Shown here: positions 1-13,643 of the stretch, in pieces
Numbering within the stretch: the stretch's first letter is position 1
Layout: every line of letters begins with the position of its first letter
NCBI RefSeq assembly: GCF_964204645.1
Contig: NC_134031.1
Coordinates: 16,107,807-16,171,806 of the forward strand
Direction: 5' to 3'
Source of the DNA: Tubulanus polymorphus
Taxonomy: Eukaryota > Animalia > Nemertea
Length of the DNA: 64,000 nt
Notes under the pieces: model-generated
The model's database searches: none
What the model was told of the DNA's origin: nothing
Seen by the model: the letters and a program-made list of their open reading frames with translations, nothing else
Translations under genes and position numbers: made by a program

Positions 1-3000
1 CTGGTGATTCGAGAGTAGCTGAGTTCATGGCGTGGGGCATTTTTTTACGAAACAGTTGTAAATTGATGTAATTCATCGGCTGTAACGAGAGTTACTACAG
101 CGCGAAAACTCGGGCAGCCGAGCATCAATCAATCAGACAACGCTGTATCTCATCATGCCGATGAACTAATATCACTCAATTCAACTACAATGCAATTAAT
201 CTTTATTCTCTAGTGCCAGAATCAGATTTCTGTGAGATTGTTGACGCTGTTATGCTTTGAAATCGGAGAAAATTGTATGTCTAGGATGAATGTATGTAAC
301 TTTTAATAGAAATGTGATCATGCAGGCTAATGCGGGTAATGTTTAGATGTTGAACTGAAGGCATTGGCTAATAATAGACGATATGATTCAAATACGATTT
401 AGGATTCAAAAGATTATACTTTCTCTATAGAACCAAGAACCTAGAGAGTCTATGACTATGTATAAATCAACTATGATTCAAACACAATTTAAGATTCAAA
501 AGGTTACAGATTTCTCTAGAACCAAGCATTTCTACTAGAGAGTCTATAACTATGTATACATTTGCTGAGTCTAACGTCCCATAACCCTCCGTGACATCTC
601 CGCGAACCCGAGCCCTCATCAGTTACATCGGGCTCTCATTTACAACACGGATAGAAAATATGATTTTCTCCTGGCGGTGGTCGTGATGAGGTGGTTTGGC
701 AAGAAATTCTTAACGAATTAGCATCGTCATACAAATGAATCACAGCGCACGCATATAGGGGCCAGTTTACTGAAACTTCCACCGACAATGAGAATAGAGT
801 CGGTTAAATTCATTACAGCCGATACAAATTCCGACAATTATTGGTCAACCCGTTGGAAGCAACAGTTCTCGCCGCAATCGGGCGAAATTCGATTACGGAA
901 ATAGACCGAAAGCAAGTCATTCATTACTAACAACTCCGAAAGTCAATAATAGCGGTTGAAGATGAGGAATGGAAGAGGGCTAAAATTCATCATCTGATTT
1001 AATGCAATTTTCACCACGCTCCCAAATTATCGATTTATACCTATGAATCACGAAGGTTTCGTGAGCGGCGATGTCGGGGAATGACCAGATCCCCCGATAA
1101 CCCCTCAAATGAAAAGAAATACCGTTACCATTCGAATCTATCTCTCATGGGGCAATAAAATATCGTGTTAACGCGAAGTAAAAGAAGAGGGAAATGGGAA
1201 CACATGACGAAATAACAAATCAAACAAAACAGCGTTTCTGATGTAAGCATGTTTGTCTTATCATCGATTAGATGGAGTGAGACTTATACAACTACCAGTA
1301 CTAATCTTGCGAATAAAAACTTTTATTGGATTTTAGGCTTGAAGTTGGCTGGCTGGTGGAATGCCAATGAACCATTATTTCACCGGGCAAAGCTGATAAC
1401 AGGTACTTTTCTTAATTTTCACGTATATACAAATCAAACCATCGTATTCATTTTTGTGAATGTTGTATTTTTCGAAAAAAGCGCCCTGGGTCTGTTTTTA
1501 TTACCAATGCTTGCAAACACGATGATAAATTATCATTAATTGATTGGAGCCGAGGCGATTACGGGCGATTGACCCGTCGATCGTCGCGAGTGGTTTTGCG
1601 CGGTGGATTTTGACAGTAAAATTACCTCGGTACAAACGAATACGCGTATAGACATAACCATTAACGTAAATGGTTGGCAATATATATGTATATATTTATA
1701 TACATATATACATTAAATGATCAAGTCAACGAGGACAAAATAAATATCGCTAAAAATTCCCGCTAGCAGGGATTTGTTTCGGGCATCTGACCAATATTCA
1801 ACATTATTCGAATGAAATTGTTTCTTGTGTACTTAGCGGCTAGACACTATGTACATACTCAAAAAGCTCTTCCTCGGTGGCCTGGTACAAGGAAACACAC
1901 TTTAGATGAAACGTTATATCACAATGGACCAAACACGTTCTCTGGTCATCCTTGGTCACAGATGATCTCTAATAGCAAAATTATAGTGGCTAGATTTGCA
2001 TGGTCATTAAGGACCAACCCGAGTCCGCCCGAAGCCTGGGGGATATACACTTCATCAATGCAGAATGAGATCCTTGATTAATGGATCACACATCTGTTAG
2101 TATTGCCCATGGGCAGCAATGAAACTGACCATAGATCTATCATAGGCTAATACACCTTCTGAAGCGTGGCATCCTCTTAATTGGAATTGAATAAGAAATA
2201 CCCAGAAAACATCCAAATACTTTGGCGCAGAATAGAATATGTTTGAATATAGATTGGTGTGTATAAAGTACTCTAGTCTTGGTAATTTTGACCACACATT
2301 CCTCCGAACGACCGAACTATCAAAATCACAAGCAAATGTCCAATTTGACACTTAACCGTGAACAAACCGTGAATGTTAAAAACTAATTTACTCATGGACG
2401 GGCCTCTGACTTCAATTGGCTTCACATTACATGCCTGGTTGCCGGTTTCATGGATTTAATACAATACGTATTCTCCATAAATACAAACACCGCTTATTAT
2501 GAATAAACAATAGTGAAGCATTATATATATTTAGTCTTCTACGGTGGATAGTGTTAGTAAAAGTACCTTGCCATATCCAGAAATTTTGAAGTCATATCTA
2601 TTTAGTTGCACAACCAGAAAACAACAATTTCGATGAGAAACAGTTTCCCCAACAACAGAAATACTTGTTTTAACTTCTTTTCGATAGGGTTCGTTAGGAA
2701 ATCAGGATATTGACTCTCGACCCGTGCATGAAGAGGTAGGCGCAATAAAAGTCGGTTAGAAAGACGAATCTAGACAGTGTACAGATTTAAAGTTCATAAA
2801 CTTCCAAAAAAGCCCCGGATCGGTAAACATATAAACTGCTCATTGGAATTGTAAATATTGAACTAATTGATTTAGGAAGGATTATCCCTTAAAGTATTTG
2901 GCCATCGGTGACACGGGAAAATACAGACGATTAAAAATTCTGGAGCACTTGCTACCTACAGTTTGTTCCATGCAGGGCAAAATTCTTTGACAATTAAGTA

Positions 3001-5253
3001 ATCGCAGTTGGATAATAGAATGTTGATAAGAAGGGAATTTGATCAAGATTTTTGTCATTTTATCTAATAGGTTCGGACTGGAATATGTCGAACAACGAAA
3101 TCGCCGTTGAGTCAGTTTGAAAATGTAAAGATTGGAATTTTTTCATACAATATCGCATTGCCAGTTTTAATATTCATTTGATCATGTAGTCAAAGAAATT
3201 TGATCATACTTAATAAAAACAGGGCATTCGGTGCGTTGTATGATTTGACGGTTTCGGAATCTTACGGGCAAATAATTGCCTATAGACCACCTGCTTGTTT
3301 CAACAAAACGATTTGACATTTGAAATGATTCAACTGAAATTTCCTTCAGTCATACAAAAGTTCCTGGTAAGGAGACCTGGAGAGTTCAAGGGATCCGCGG
3401 TCAAGTTACATCGACGTCGAAGTTTTTATGCACACTTACTGCGGGCCAGGGCAACTTTCTAATGATTTTTTTCTATCGAATACAAATATTATAAACGTTG
3501 TTAAATACACATGATGAAGAAAATGAAATCTTGTATTCACAACAGTAAAACGATGCCAAACCGCTAATTTCGTAAATTGATTTGTTTGTATTGCTTTTCT
3601 GCGGTGCCATTACATGTGACATAATTTGAAATCTGAGCACATAATAGAAAATACCATGTCAACAGTTAAACTCATCAAATTATAAACTCGTATGTGTCAT
3701 AAGCCAATGCGCAAACCTAATAAACGTGATTTCATTCTCGAGCCCCTAGGTGTAAGTCAGGCCAAGTTAAAAACAATTATTTCGCTCGAATACGAAGACA
3801 TTTCTGCACCACCCACGTTCAGCGATGTCTTCGCGATAAATATTACGTGATTTTCCTGTGGTCAGTGCATCTCAATCGCGGAGCTCAAAACTATATTCAA
3901 AAGTTTTATTCATTATAGAAGAATAAAGGAGGTCCCTCTATTTAGTCGGCTGGTTAATAATTCCCCCAATGATTCCGGGGTCACAGAATTCACAATGATG
4001 AGGCATACATCATTAATCAAAGTCCAATAAATCCATTGCTTTATCGAGGAAATTACAAGCTGCGGGTTACAATAGAAAATGAAACATTATCATGCGAGCT
4101 TATTGTCCATATCCACAGTAAGTTCAGATTCGATAAAGCCCGGTTTTCACAAGGAGAGCATTGCTTGAATGTCACGAAAAAGAATTTAAATTTTACGATC
4201 TTCGTGCAAATTGTAATATTTTGTCTGCCCGTGTTGATTACGGGCCAATTAGTTTATGTCACACTCCAAGATAAACCTCGTACCTCAAGTTTTTTTTTAA
4301 GTAAGACTTTTGATAAGACTTCTACAAAATTCTACGACTTTCTGGAACTCCTCAAGTATAATGAACATTGAATCAGTTTTATGGAAATTACTGTCATATA
4401 AATTAAGGTAGGGCGCTTTTTGCGGTCGCATAGCCCATTATACTCTTCAATTCTAGGAAAACACTTAGCAAACTCGTACAAAATCACTTTATGAAATACA
4501 AAATATACAGGAAGCAGATTCTCTTTCTATTAGATCGCGCTTTAAAAGTGAGTTTGACGCTCAAAGATACTATGTTATTGGCTTTATATGAAAGGTTCAA
4601 GTTTATCTATCTGTTTTTATACTTACATTCCTGCTTTTAATTCGACGGCCGAATTCCATTTTAATTTCAATAGATAAATTAATAAAAAGTTCTGTAATAT
4701 CCTATTTATCCAATGCGTAATCGACGTCATTTTTGAAGTAGAAATAAAACACGCGCTGATAAATACTTCGTCAGTAGTTTTTTCTGAAGGAAGGATGAAT
4801 AAGAAAGCGCTCGCTATCAATTGACTATCTGACGGGCGACTTATATTCTAAGTCGTAAAAAGAGTAATCAACTTTTATTCCGAAATCGGACGCTAGTCCG
4901 TAGTTGACACAAAACTTCACTAAACTCCATTTAGGATACTGGCGCTCTGTGGAAATGATGCGGTGTCGATGATATCTCGATATCTCTGGCGGCTTTACCG
5001 CGACCGAGCGCTCGAGTGTTGTTATCTGTTCGCGTAATATCAACACAAGCACGTGGGACGTCCCGAGGTCAGAGTTAACTGCGAACAATAAATAATCGAA
5101 TTTGAATTGAATATGATTCACTCTCCGGTTAGAGAGCGAACGTAGCTGTTTCGGCACGCGATCGTTCAAGGTCAGGTAGAGCAGCGGCACGAACACTTCC
5201 TGGTTCGAAAATATTGCAAAAATCGGTAAAAATCATGGCGTAAAAGACAGGAA

Positions 5254-7480
5254 ATGGGAAACAGAAGATATTCATTGAATGAAGATAATCAAGATAATGA
5301 ATATGACATTGTTTATAGCGTCACTAAATTATTGGATAAACATGTGAGGCTAATCAAGGCAAGTTGTTGTTGTTGTTGTTGTTGATTTAACGCTTTGGCT
5401 ACTCTACTCGTACGGACCCGTACGGATTACTCTGGAGACTATTCGTACGGGACTAGGATCTGTACGCTAATAACTGTCGCTGATTGGCCGATTAACGCCG
5501 CGCATGCGTACAGAGGTGCACGACTTAGAAAATTCAAGGAAAGTGTGGAGAATAGAGTTAGAGAAAAATAGCGGATAGAGCGAGACTCGAACCCGGGCCA
5601 ATAAATTACTAGCACAGCAGATGACCACAGAGTTTACAAGATGGATCCTCCACTAGACCACCGAGCTCGTTGACAGTCGGTCGAATGTTTTAACTACATA
5701 TAACCTCACCTTACCCTAACCCTATCCCTTCCCGTACACATAATTCCAGAGTTATCCGACGGGTGCGTACGAATAGCCTACGGAATTATTCGTATACGAG
5801 TAGCCACTTCGTTGATTTAATGCCTGCAGCTGCATTGGCCATCACGTAAATCCTCCTATTCCTTTCTTTGATGATTTTAATACGAGTGGTCCACGTATTG
5901 TCTTGGTTGGTCATGAGGGACATCCGTCCATGGCGGATTGCTGTCAAAATCTCTGGCTTCTTGCAAATTCCTACATTCATAAATCACATGCTGCAAAGTC
6001 TCCTCTTGATGACCACAGAGTTTACAAGATGGATCCTCCACTATACCAAACTTGTGAAGGTAGCTCTCCGTCGGAAAGCAGTAGTAAGTTTCAAGGCAAG
6101 TTTCAGGGTTAGAGGGTCCCTGACCCTGCGCCCCGATTCTCTGTATATCATCAATCAGACAGGATATGCAGTGGCAGATCCAGGGCCCTATCCATCTGAT
6201 CTGAGGTGTACTCCTTTCTTCCATCCTGAATTTGTCCCCTGACTTACTAACCAGTAAGTAGATTAAAGGTTATTCAGTACCTGTCAGTGTAGTTTCACAA
6301 TTGGATATTTTCACAAACAAGCCCATCCGATTATAAGATCTTCCCACCAACGATTAGGACACTAACTATTTCAATGTGGACTATTTATGTAATTGTTTAC
6401 TGTATTTCAGTGGTTTTGTTATGGAGTTGGCGTGGTTGGTGTTGTAGTTATTGTAAAGAATGTTTATATGGTTAGTTCTAGTATTATCCAATATACATAA
6501 TCATTGGACGTGAAAAGATCTACAAAAGTATATTTTCCGACATCCTATTTTTTTGCAGTTCAATCAGTTCGCTCATGCCACTGAGATTCCTGCTAGATTC
6601 ATTCAACGTAATGTCCGTCTCCGTGGCACGGTTCATAGTATCTCAGCTGATGGGATTCTTCAAGTTAAGCATATTCCGATAGCTACATTAAAATGGTTGA
6701 AATACTTCAAACCAGGTTCGCTAATTGAAATATAATTACCGTTGTCTCATTTCAGAAATGAATTTGTATTCAAATACATGTATTAAAAACCTTGAAATGC
6801 AGAAATTTTGCAACTAAAGTAATCTCAGGAGACCATTCATCTTCAATTTCAGCGAAAACTGGATTACTGCCAGTTAAGTTGGCGGCTGTGAATCTCACCG
6901 AATCGGCGTATCCTTGGATACACGATACACTAACGTCGAAGCATATCTGGTTTAGACTGATACATCGTCCTGATAGCGCAGAGACTGTACACTGTATTGT
7001 GACTACTGATAAGGTTTGTTAATATGATTAATAATATGAAATCCCACACTAAAGCTAAGCTCAGGTCGACTTAGCCGAGCTGCTTACGATGAAGACTCCG
7101 GAATGTTTTTGTGGCTTAATGATTTATTCGAAGTTTCGACTCAAGCCTTTCAGTTATCTTCACTGAATATACTTGAATTGTTTATTTTGTAGAGTTTTTG
7201 GAGCGCAATCAAAGTTAACGAAAACTTGGTCCGAAATGGTTTGGCAAATGTTCACGACGTATCTGAATACCCGAATGAAAATAAACTTGTTCTAAGATTT
7301 ATAGATAAACTTCACAAAGCAGAATCGTACGCGAAACGCAAAGGAAAAGGCGTCTGGAAGCGGCCATCGTTGAAAGAGAGAGTTTCTGAGAGGATTTCCG
7401 ATTATAAAGACGATATTCGAGATTGGTTTCACGGAAAATTGCAAACCATACGAAGCTTGTTCCCATGGAAGAGTAAATAA
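5254..7480 (+). CDS. C3orf33: C3orf33-like protein (TM segment plus SNase-like OB fold), 5 coding exons
   Basis: Exons 5254-5358 (GC donor), 6411-6470, 6559-6715, 6853-7013 and 7193-7480 splice in frame: ...LDKHVRLIK/WFCYGVGVVGVVVIVK.../FNQFAHATEIPARFIQRNVRLRG...HIPI.../LLPVKLAAV...WFRL.../VNENLVRNGLA...KAESYAKRKGKGVWK. These match recalled C3orf33 motifs (DIPVEFIRRNVKLRG, LLVKLAGV, KAELTALKKGEGIWK). Confidence 0.88.
5362..6240 (-). mobile_element. 3' fragment of a non-LTR retrotransposon (C-terminal CCHC zinc knuckle, 3' UTR, (CAA)n tail), interrupted by a MITE
   Basis: ORF 5877-6224(-) contains ESYLHKFG...SCKLCGHQEETLQHVIYEC, typical of LINE ORF2 C-termini. It is followed on the minus strand by ...GGCATTAAATCAAC and a (CAA)n tail at about 5362-5385. 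Confidence 0.7.
5396..5807. mobile_element. MITE with TGGCTACTC(G)TA terminal inverted repeats, carrying a tRNA/SINE-like core
   Basis: TGGCTACTCTACTCGTACG at the left end and CGTATACGAGTAGCCA at the right end. The internal segment 5520-5730 (ACTCGAACCCGGG B-box-like motif) recurs at about 46615-46790. Confidence 0.6.
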
Positions 7481-8351
7481 CGATTGCATACTCGTGTACA
7501 CACACTCTTGTTTTGTTGAAATAAATTTTCAGTTTTAAGATATTATAGGAAAGTGTCATCTCTGCCATTGGGATCATCCAGATTTGTAATCAGGAGATTG
7601 AATTCGGTTAACTTACAAAATCTTCATAGCTGCAATGGAGGTTTTACCAGTATTGGTCCAGGTTCATTCGAATATGGAGCAACAACAAATTAACAAATAC
7701 TCCGCATTTGATTTTCAAAAATGCATTTGTATATTCTTCATTATCATATAAATTATTTGGAATAACAATTAGCACATAAAACGTATACATTTGAGTAGAC
7801 ACACTTTTTACTGCAATTACGACGTATTATCGAATAAATCTCTTCTTGATTGCGTACTGATTATAATAATTATCTCTTTAACATCCTAACAACCGAAGTA
7901 CTTCTCTACGAGTACAAGTCATGAAAACACAGCATTATGCGAGTGTCGAACCAATGCAAGAGAAGTGTCCACGTGAGCGTGTACTACAGTCAACTACCGA
8001 TTATGGCGGTTAATGGATCATCTTTCAAATGACAACGAACTAAATTTTTGCAATCCGATCGGGGATTGAAAATTTGGGAGGTAAAGTAACCAAGGGGGCA
8101 GCGCATAATCGATGGTTGACTGTAAAAGGAAACTTAATTAAAGAAACGTTTTTGATTAAAAATAGGATGAAACCAATGTTTTACCACGTGTACCGAACTA
8201 TGGAATATAAGGCCGCATGTACACATAGTGACCCGGTATCTTATATGTGAGTTCTGAGCTGATGTGCGGCAGTAAATATAAAAATGTTTTTTGATCATCA
8301 CAGTTCGAATGTGGACGACTTTTACAGCATTGATCGGACACTCTTTATATC

Positions 8352-11300
8352 CTATGCTGAGTACGTAGAGGCGGAAACGTTTCCTCCCTTGCCCGTCCAG
8401 TTAGTGTGTACGAACTGACCCGGATTACTGAGCAACTCGTACGTATGAGCACCGAAGTAATCGCGTTGAGCCTGAAATAGAAAATGTAACGTAGCAGTGA
8501 AAAGTTAACAGGGAACGAGTTCATAGGCTGAGTATCAAAGTTACCCCTAGGGGATCATTCATTTATTACGTACGCGTAAAATTCGAATTTTCCAACCCCC
8601 CTCCCCCTCAGTACGCAAAATCGGCCATTTTTTCATATACATTAAGCATTACAGTACGCAATTGCACTGACCCCTCCCCCTCCCCTAATGCGAATGTAAT
8701 AAATGAATGGCCCCTAGAGGTAACTCCTCAACTTGGAAATAACTGACAAATTTCAAAATGTTTCCAGGGATTACTTTGCCCCCACATTCAAATAATATGC
8801 AACACCTAGGTGAAAACAGGTACGTCTGAAAAATTATTAGGATTCTGAACAAAAGTTTGTAGCAATCGAAGTTTAGAATATTAAAAAAGCAGACTTAGAA
8901 ATAATAATAACCTGAATGAGATTAGCCGGAAGACGTTCAGATCGATATCCGTCGTAAAAAGCCAAAGCACAACTAAACGCCGGCGTCGGGATTCCTAGCA
9001 TTACGGATGAAGAAACGACTTTCCTCCAGGACTCCTAGAAAATATGTATAATTAACCATAATGAATTTTCTTTCCGAAAAAAATATGAAAGAACGAAAGG
9101 GTCAAATTCCTACTTGCCTGGCAGTTATGAATTGCTTGCTTGAAGAAATCATCCATTAGTAAATTGTTCAAATCCGGGTTTTTATCAAAAGCCTCTTTGA
9201 TATTCCCTAAGAAATCGCTGAAACATAAAAAAACAAATCACCGGAATTAAAATCAATTATACTGATTTTCCATTGTGGTATAGTTAAGAGAGAGATATTA
9301 ATAGTTAGCTACCTTCTAATGATGCAACCCCCTCGCCACATCAGCGCGATACCACCGTAGTTCAGTTTCCAGCTAAATACTTTCGCCGCCTCGCGTAACA
9401 GCATAAATCCCTGAGCGTACGACACGATCTTCGATGCATAGAGCGCCTACAATCCATACAAATAAACACTCGAAATCAAGATCTTCGATTAGTTTCAAAA
9501 CCTACGTCAAGAACGGAGACATTCTCTACGGTTACGCACCAGTCTGATTTGTTCGATAAATTCCGTTTTGTCGCCGGTATATTTCGACGTTTTCGGCCCG
9601 TTCAACGTTTTGCTAGCTTCGATGCGTTCCGCTTGAAGCGACGAAAGACACCGCGCGAACACCGCTTCCGCTGAAATATCGAGAAATTATTTTATAGGAA
9701 CTGAAAATTTGACGATAAGATATATTGCAGAACCGCTTACAAATCAGCGTAGCTGGAACTCCGTATTCTAGAGCTGATATCCCTGTCCATTTACCAGTTC
9801 CTTTCTGAAATAAAAAACACAGATTTCTGGTGTGATTTGTTTAACATGGAATTTCACATACGGTATCCATTTTTTCCATTTTCAGATTCACACACATGCA
9901 TATATCCTTCTGAGGTTAAAACAAAAATAACATTCTGCAGGAAAGCACATTGAAATTCTATGCAAACTAAATTCTGAAACATTTCACACATTCTTTTTAC
10001 AGAAATTTCTTAAATTTTTCAAATTCAAATTTAGTTGCTATCAATCCCTTAACAAGTGCTTCGGAAAAGGTTTTGTTCTCACCTGGCCGGCGCTATCTCG
10101 TATTTTTTCTACCAGCGGACTGCCATCTGTGTCCTTGTAAGCCAGGATTGCGGCCGTAATTTCAATCAGGAATGACGATAGTTCACTCTTGTTCCATTCG
10201 TTGAATACCTAAATGAAAACAGCCTCTTCAACTCTGAGCCGTAATGACTACTGGAATCTATCAGTTATCTGAATCTATCAGTTACCTTGCTCATCTCATC
10301 GGGCTTCATTCCTAACGCATCTTTCATTACGTGATAAGCTTCGCAAATCAGCTGCATGTCTCCGTATTCGATACCGTTGTGTACCATTTTAACGAAGTGT
10401 CCAGCGCCCTCGGACCCGACCCAGTCGCAACAAGGTTCGCCGTTCACTTTGGCGCTAATACCCTGGAATATATCCTTCACGTGAGGCCAGGCTTCCTCGG
10501 CACCCCCGGGCATGATACTCGGCCCGTAACGAGCCCCTTCTTCGCCTCCGCTTACACCGGTGCCGATAAACAGTAAACCCTTCTCCTTTAATGATTGACA
10601 TCTCCTCTGAAAAGAAAGGACTTTAACTTGAATTTCAGAATAATAAATTATTCATATGATAGATGAAAGGCGCCTCATATCCTCATTTCATTGACGCCGA
10701 TCCTTCTCAGTAAGACAATCTACTAGTTCAATTGTATTTCATGCCATCTTATTCATACAACTTACATTGGAATCGAGATATTCGGAGTTTCCTCCATCTA
10801 TGATTATGTCACCGGCTTCCAACAATGGAACCTGGAAATGTCACAAATATTCATTCTTAGACAACATTATATTGTGTCAATCACTGACTATGATATACAG
10901 TAGTACTCAAAAGAAATGAATGTGAACTTTATCTAAGCTTAAATTCACTTACAATTCGATCAATGAACTGATCGACTGGTTTACCAGCTTTCACCATTAA
11001 CATCACCCGTCGTGGTTTCTTTAATTTGGCGACCATATCCTCGAATGAGCTGGCGCCGATAATCTTCGTACCTTTCGCTTCATTCGCGAGGAACGCGTCA
11101 ACCTTTTCGACGGTCCTGTTAAACGCACAAACCTGAAATTCAATAAAACGTTTTCATGTTATTTATTCAAATTAAATCAGATAGTAGTTTACAACTTTAC
11201 ACGATTGTTATTATTCATGGTAACACAACCTGTTACATTTTTCATACAAGTGAATGCAATAATTTTGTTACTTTAAGAAACAGGCAAAATATACAGAAAC

Positions 11301-11957
11301 TTTAGTTAATTCAGAAACTATAGATTGATAAATCATTTTCTTATCTAAGGTCAGATGGTCACAAGTCGAGGTTATAGGTTATCTCAAGTGTGAGGCTATC
11401 ATATCTTGTCTAGTCTCAGAGATAGCGATAAGTAAAATCATACCTATACTAACTAATACTCTTGTAAGAGATCTTAGACGCCTTAATAAATTTATCAATT
11501 ATTCTCTAACCCTTACAATACCCTTAAACCCTCCAATACCAGTAATTGTGCAACTGGAGTATCCATATTTACCACAAAACCATGATCATTCATATTTAAA
11601 ATGAGGTTTTGGCCCATTACGGCCAATCCTATAACGGCAATGTCTGCTTGTGCTCTGAAATTATAGAAAAAATTTCATTTTAAAAGATAAATGCAATAAT
11701 AACTTAATTTCTAGCCTAATTTTCATAACGTTCGAAAGTCGGAGCGCTCCACTTCCATTACCACCACCAGTGTTTCAGATGTTTTATAAGGATTATCCAA
11801 TTTCATCATCTTTGATCTCATAAAATGCCAGAAACCAATAAAATTATGATTTCATCTACTTCATTATAACTTTCATAAGCCATGTCACACTCGATAAATG
11901 AGGCAAAATTGCAAAAAATACTGCAGAGAATCTGAAATGTCAAACTTACTCGGCCAT
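8352..11957 (-). CDS. PGD: 6-phosphogluconate dehydrogenase, decarboxylating (multi-exon)
   Basis: [76 protein letters not shown] and C-terminal [15 protein letters not shown] (TAG at 8352-8354). Confidence 0.97.
8549..8715. mobile_element. PIF/Harbinger-like MITE (GGGATCATTCATTTATTACG TIR family)
   Basis: TIR pair GGGGATCATTCATTTATTACG ... GTAATAAATGAATGGCCCC. Further copies at about 20107-20248, 24142-24297, 44528-44924 and 48462-48616. Confidence 0.75.
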
Positions 11958-12106
11958 TTTCACTCGTAGAAACAAACGCTAGGTGGCAGCAGCAGCCGGT
12001 GACGTGTTCCATAAGAACTAAGCCGGTCGTTTAGGTTCGAATCCCATCGACGTCTATTTTAAACTTCGAATTAAACTATTTACTGGCAATAGAGCTAGGG
12101 AATTAC

Positions 12107-12299
12107 GGTAAAAGTGCAGATCCGCACCTCTCCGCGTAAACGGTTCAATCAATTACATTAAATATCAATGTTTCAGATTCAAAATTCAGTACATCGCCAT
12201 TGGTTGATTTAAGATATCTTCACTAGAAAGATTTTATCCTGGATTCTGTCATTCAGCAGATTGCGTCAATCACGAGATGTGCGGATCTGCACTTTTACC
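12107..12299. mobile_element. Merlin-like MITE with 8-bp TSD
   Basis: TIR GGTAAAAGTGCAGATCCGCAC ... GTGCGGATCTGCACTTTTACC, flanked by direct repeat GGAATTAC (12099-12106 and 12300-12307). GGNRM termini plus an 8-bp TSD fit Merlin. Confidence 0.75.
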
Positions 12300-12532
12300 G
12301 GAATTACTAACTAAATTCGTCAAGAAAGATAATTTAAGACAGATACAGATCATACAAAGACAGATTTTTTATTCTTAAATAAAAATTAATAATCTTACAA
12401 GGGACTCATCGGACACACTTAAGCGGAAATCACAATTATTGATAAATCCAGTTGTTCTTAGAAAGACTAATTGTCTCATACTCGAAACGAATGTTCATTT
12501 TTTGCGACGAATCATCATACTAAAGCTTCAGT

Positions 12533-13643
12533 CTATGATTTGGCAGCGGCTTTAGCCTGCGCCTGTTGAAATTGATGTTGTAATTTGTTCAAGTTTTCGC
12601 GGTGAGTTTCCTGCTTTTTGTCCAAGTCTTTAAGAGTTCCTTCTTGGCGTTTTCTGAAAGAAATGAAAGTATTCAAAATTATAGAAATACGCTGGGATCA
12701 GTTCATTCATTGAGTTTACAACCTCTCATGCTAGGATACAAACCCGATGGTACCCCTACCCTGGTATAGTCTATCATTGTGGTGTTCCGGTTAGGTTTAA
12801 ATAGAGATGACCAAGACCAGGTCTATAAACTTACATTTCACCATTGATATAATCTATTCGTTTTTGAACATTCTGTTTTGCTTCTTCTAAATCTTGTTTG
12901 ATGAGAACTGGACCGGTTAATTTATACACGTTGTTTTCACTGTTCAAAAGATCCAATTCCTGTGAAAAAAAATTGAATGTGAGAAAACAAAGAAATAGTC
13001 TGAGATGACCTTCAGAAAAAAAGAATGTAGATAAGTTGATAGGCATTCTTCAGTCAGAGGCTCGAGCCGAGGGAGGGGTCAGGTGTAGTGATCGAAACCC
13101 CTTAAATTGTCTAACCCCCTAGGTTGCCCTTCAGTCAGTGTAAAAAATTTAGGTCATAATTTTGCGACAAATGGTTTGTGAATATTTCCCAATTTTCAAG
13201 TTTTTTTTGGAAAATGAAAAGCAATCCGTTCTCAAATGATTTATTCAGGCTACAGGCACTTCATATTTTAAATGCGTCCTTTTTCAATTGAAATAGAACT
13301 GCCACTCAGCTCGGCCTGAATCATATTGCGATATTATTGGTTATCACCTCTTTAACTAGGGTATTTTCATTTAACTGAGCGTCAAGTTGTTGTCGTGCTG
13401 TTAAACATTTCTGATAATCTGAAATAGAACGAATAATGTAATCTAATTAAGACTATGTCTTGATTGATTTGTATATTTTGTACTATTGATTTGATTGATG
13501 ATAGCGATTTTTCTCCTAGACCGAGATGAGTCTCTGGCTATATTCATAGAGCTCAATCAATTAAGAAAATTAATTTAACCTTTTTGGACAGCTTTGAATT
13601 TCTCCAGTTCCGTCTGTAATTTCTTTTGCATGCCTTCACTCAT
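12533..13643 (-). CDS. PFDN6: Prefoldin subunit 6 (4 coding exons)
   Basis: MSEGMQKKLQTELEKFKAVQK / ...RQQLDAQLNENTLVKE / ELDLLNSENNVYKLTGPVLIKQDLEEAKQNVQKRIDYINGE / ...QQAQAKAAAKS*. Confidence 0.95.

Noticed and set aside
1-5200. Short ORFs (1249, 1812, 2097, 4036, 4825) and a possible minus-strand start MPHAMNSATLESP at position 40
   Set aside because: No recognisable domains or consistent exon chain; the putative start runs off the window edge and cannot be supported.
5575-5670. Possible tRNA gene (TTCGA B-box-like motif)
   Set aside because: No cloverleaf could be formed; it is part of a dispersed SINE-like repeat.
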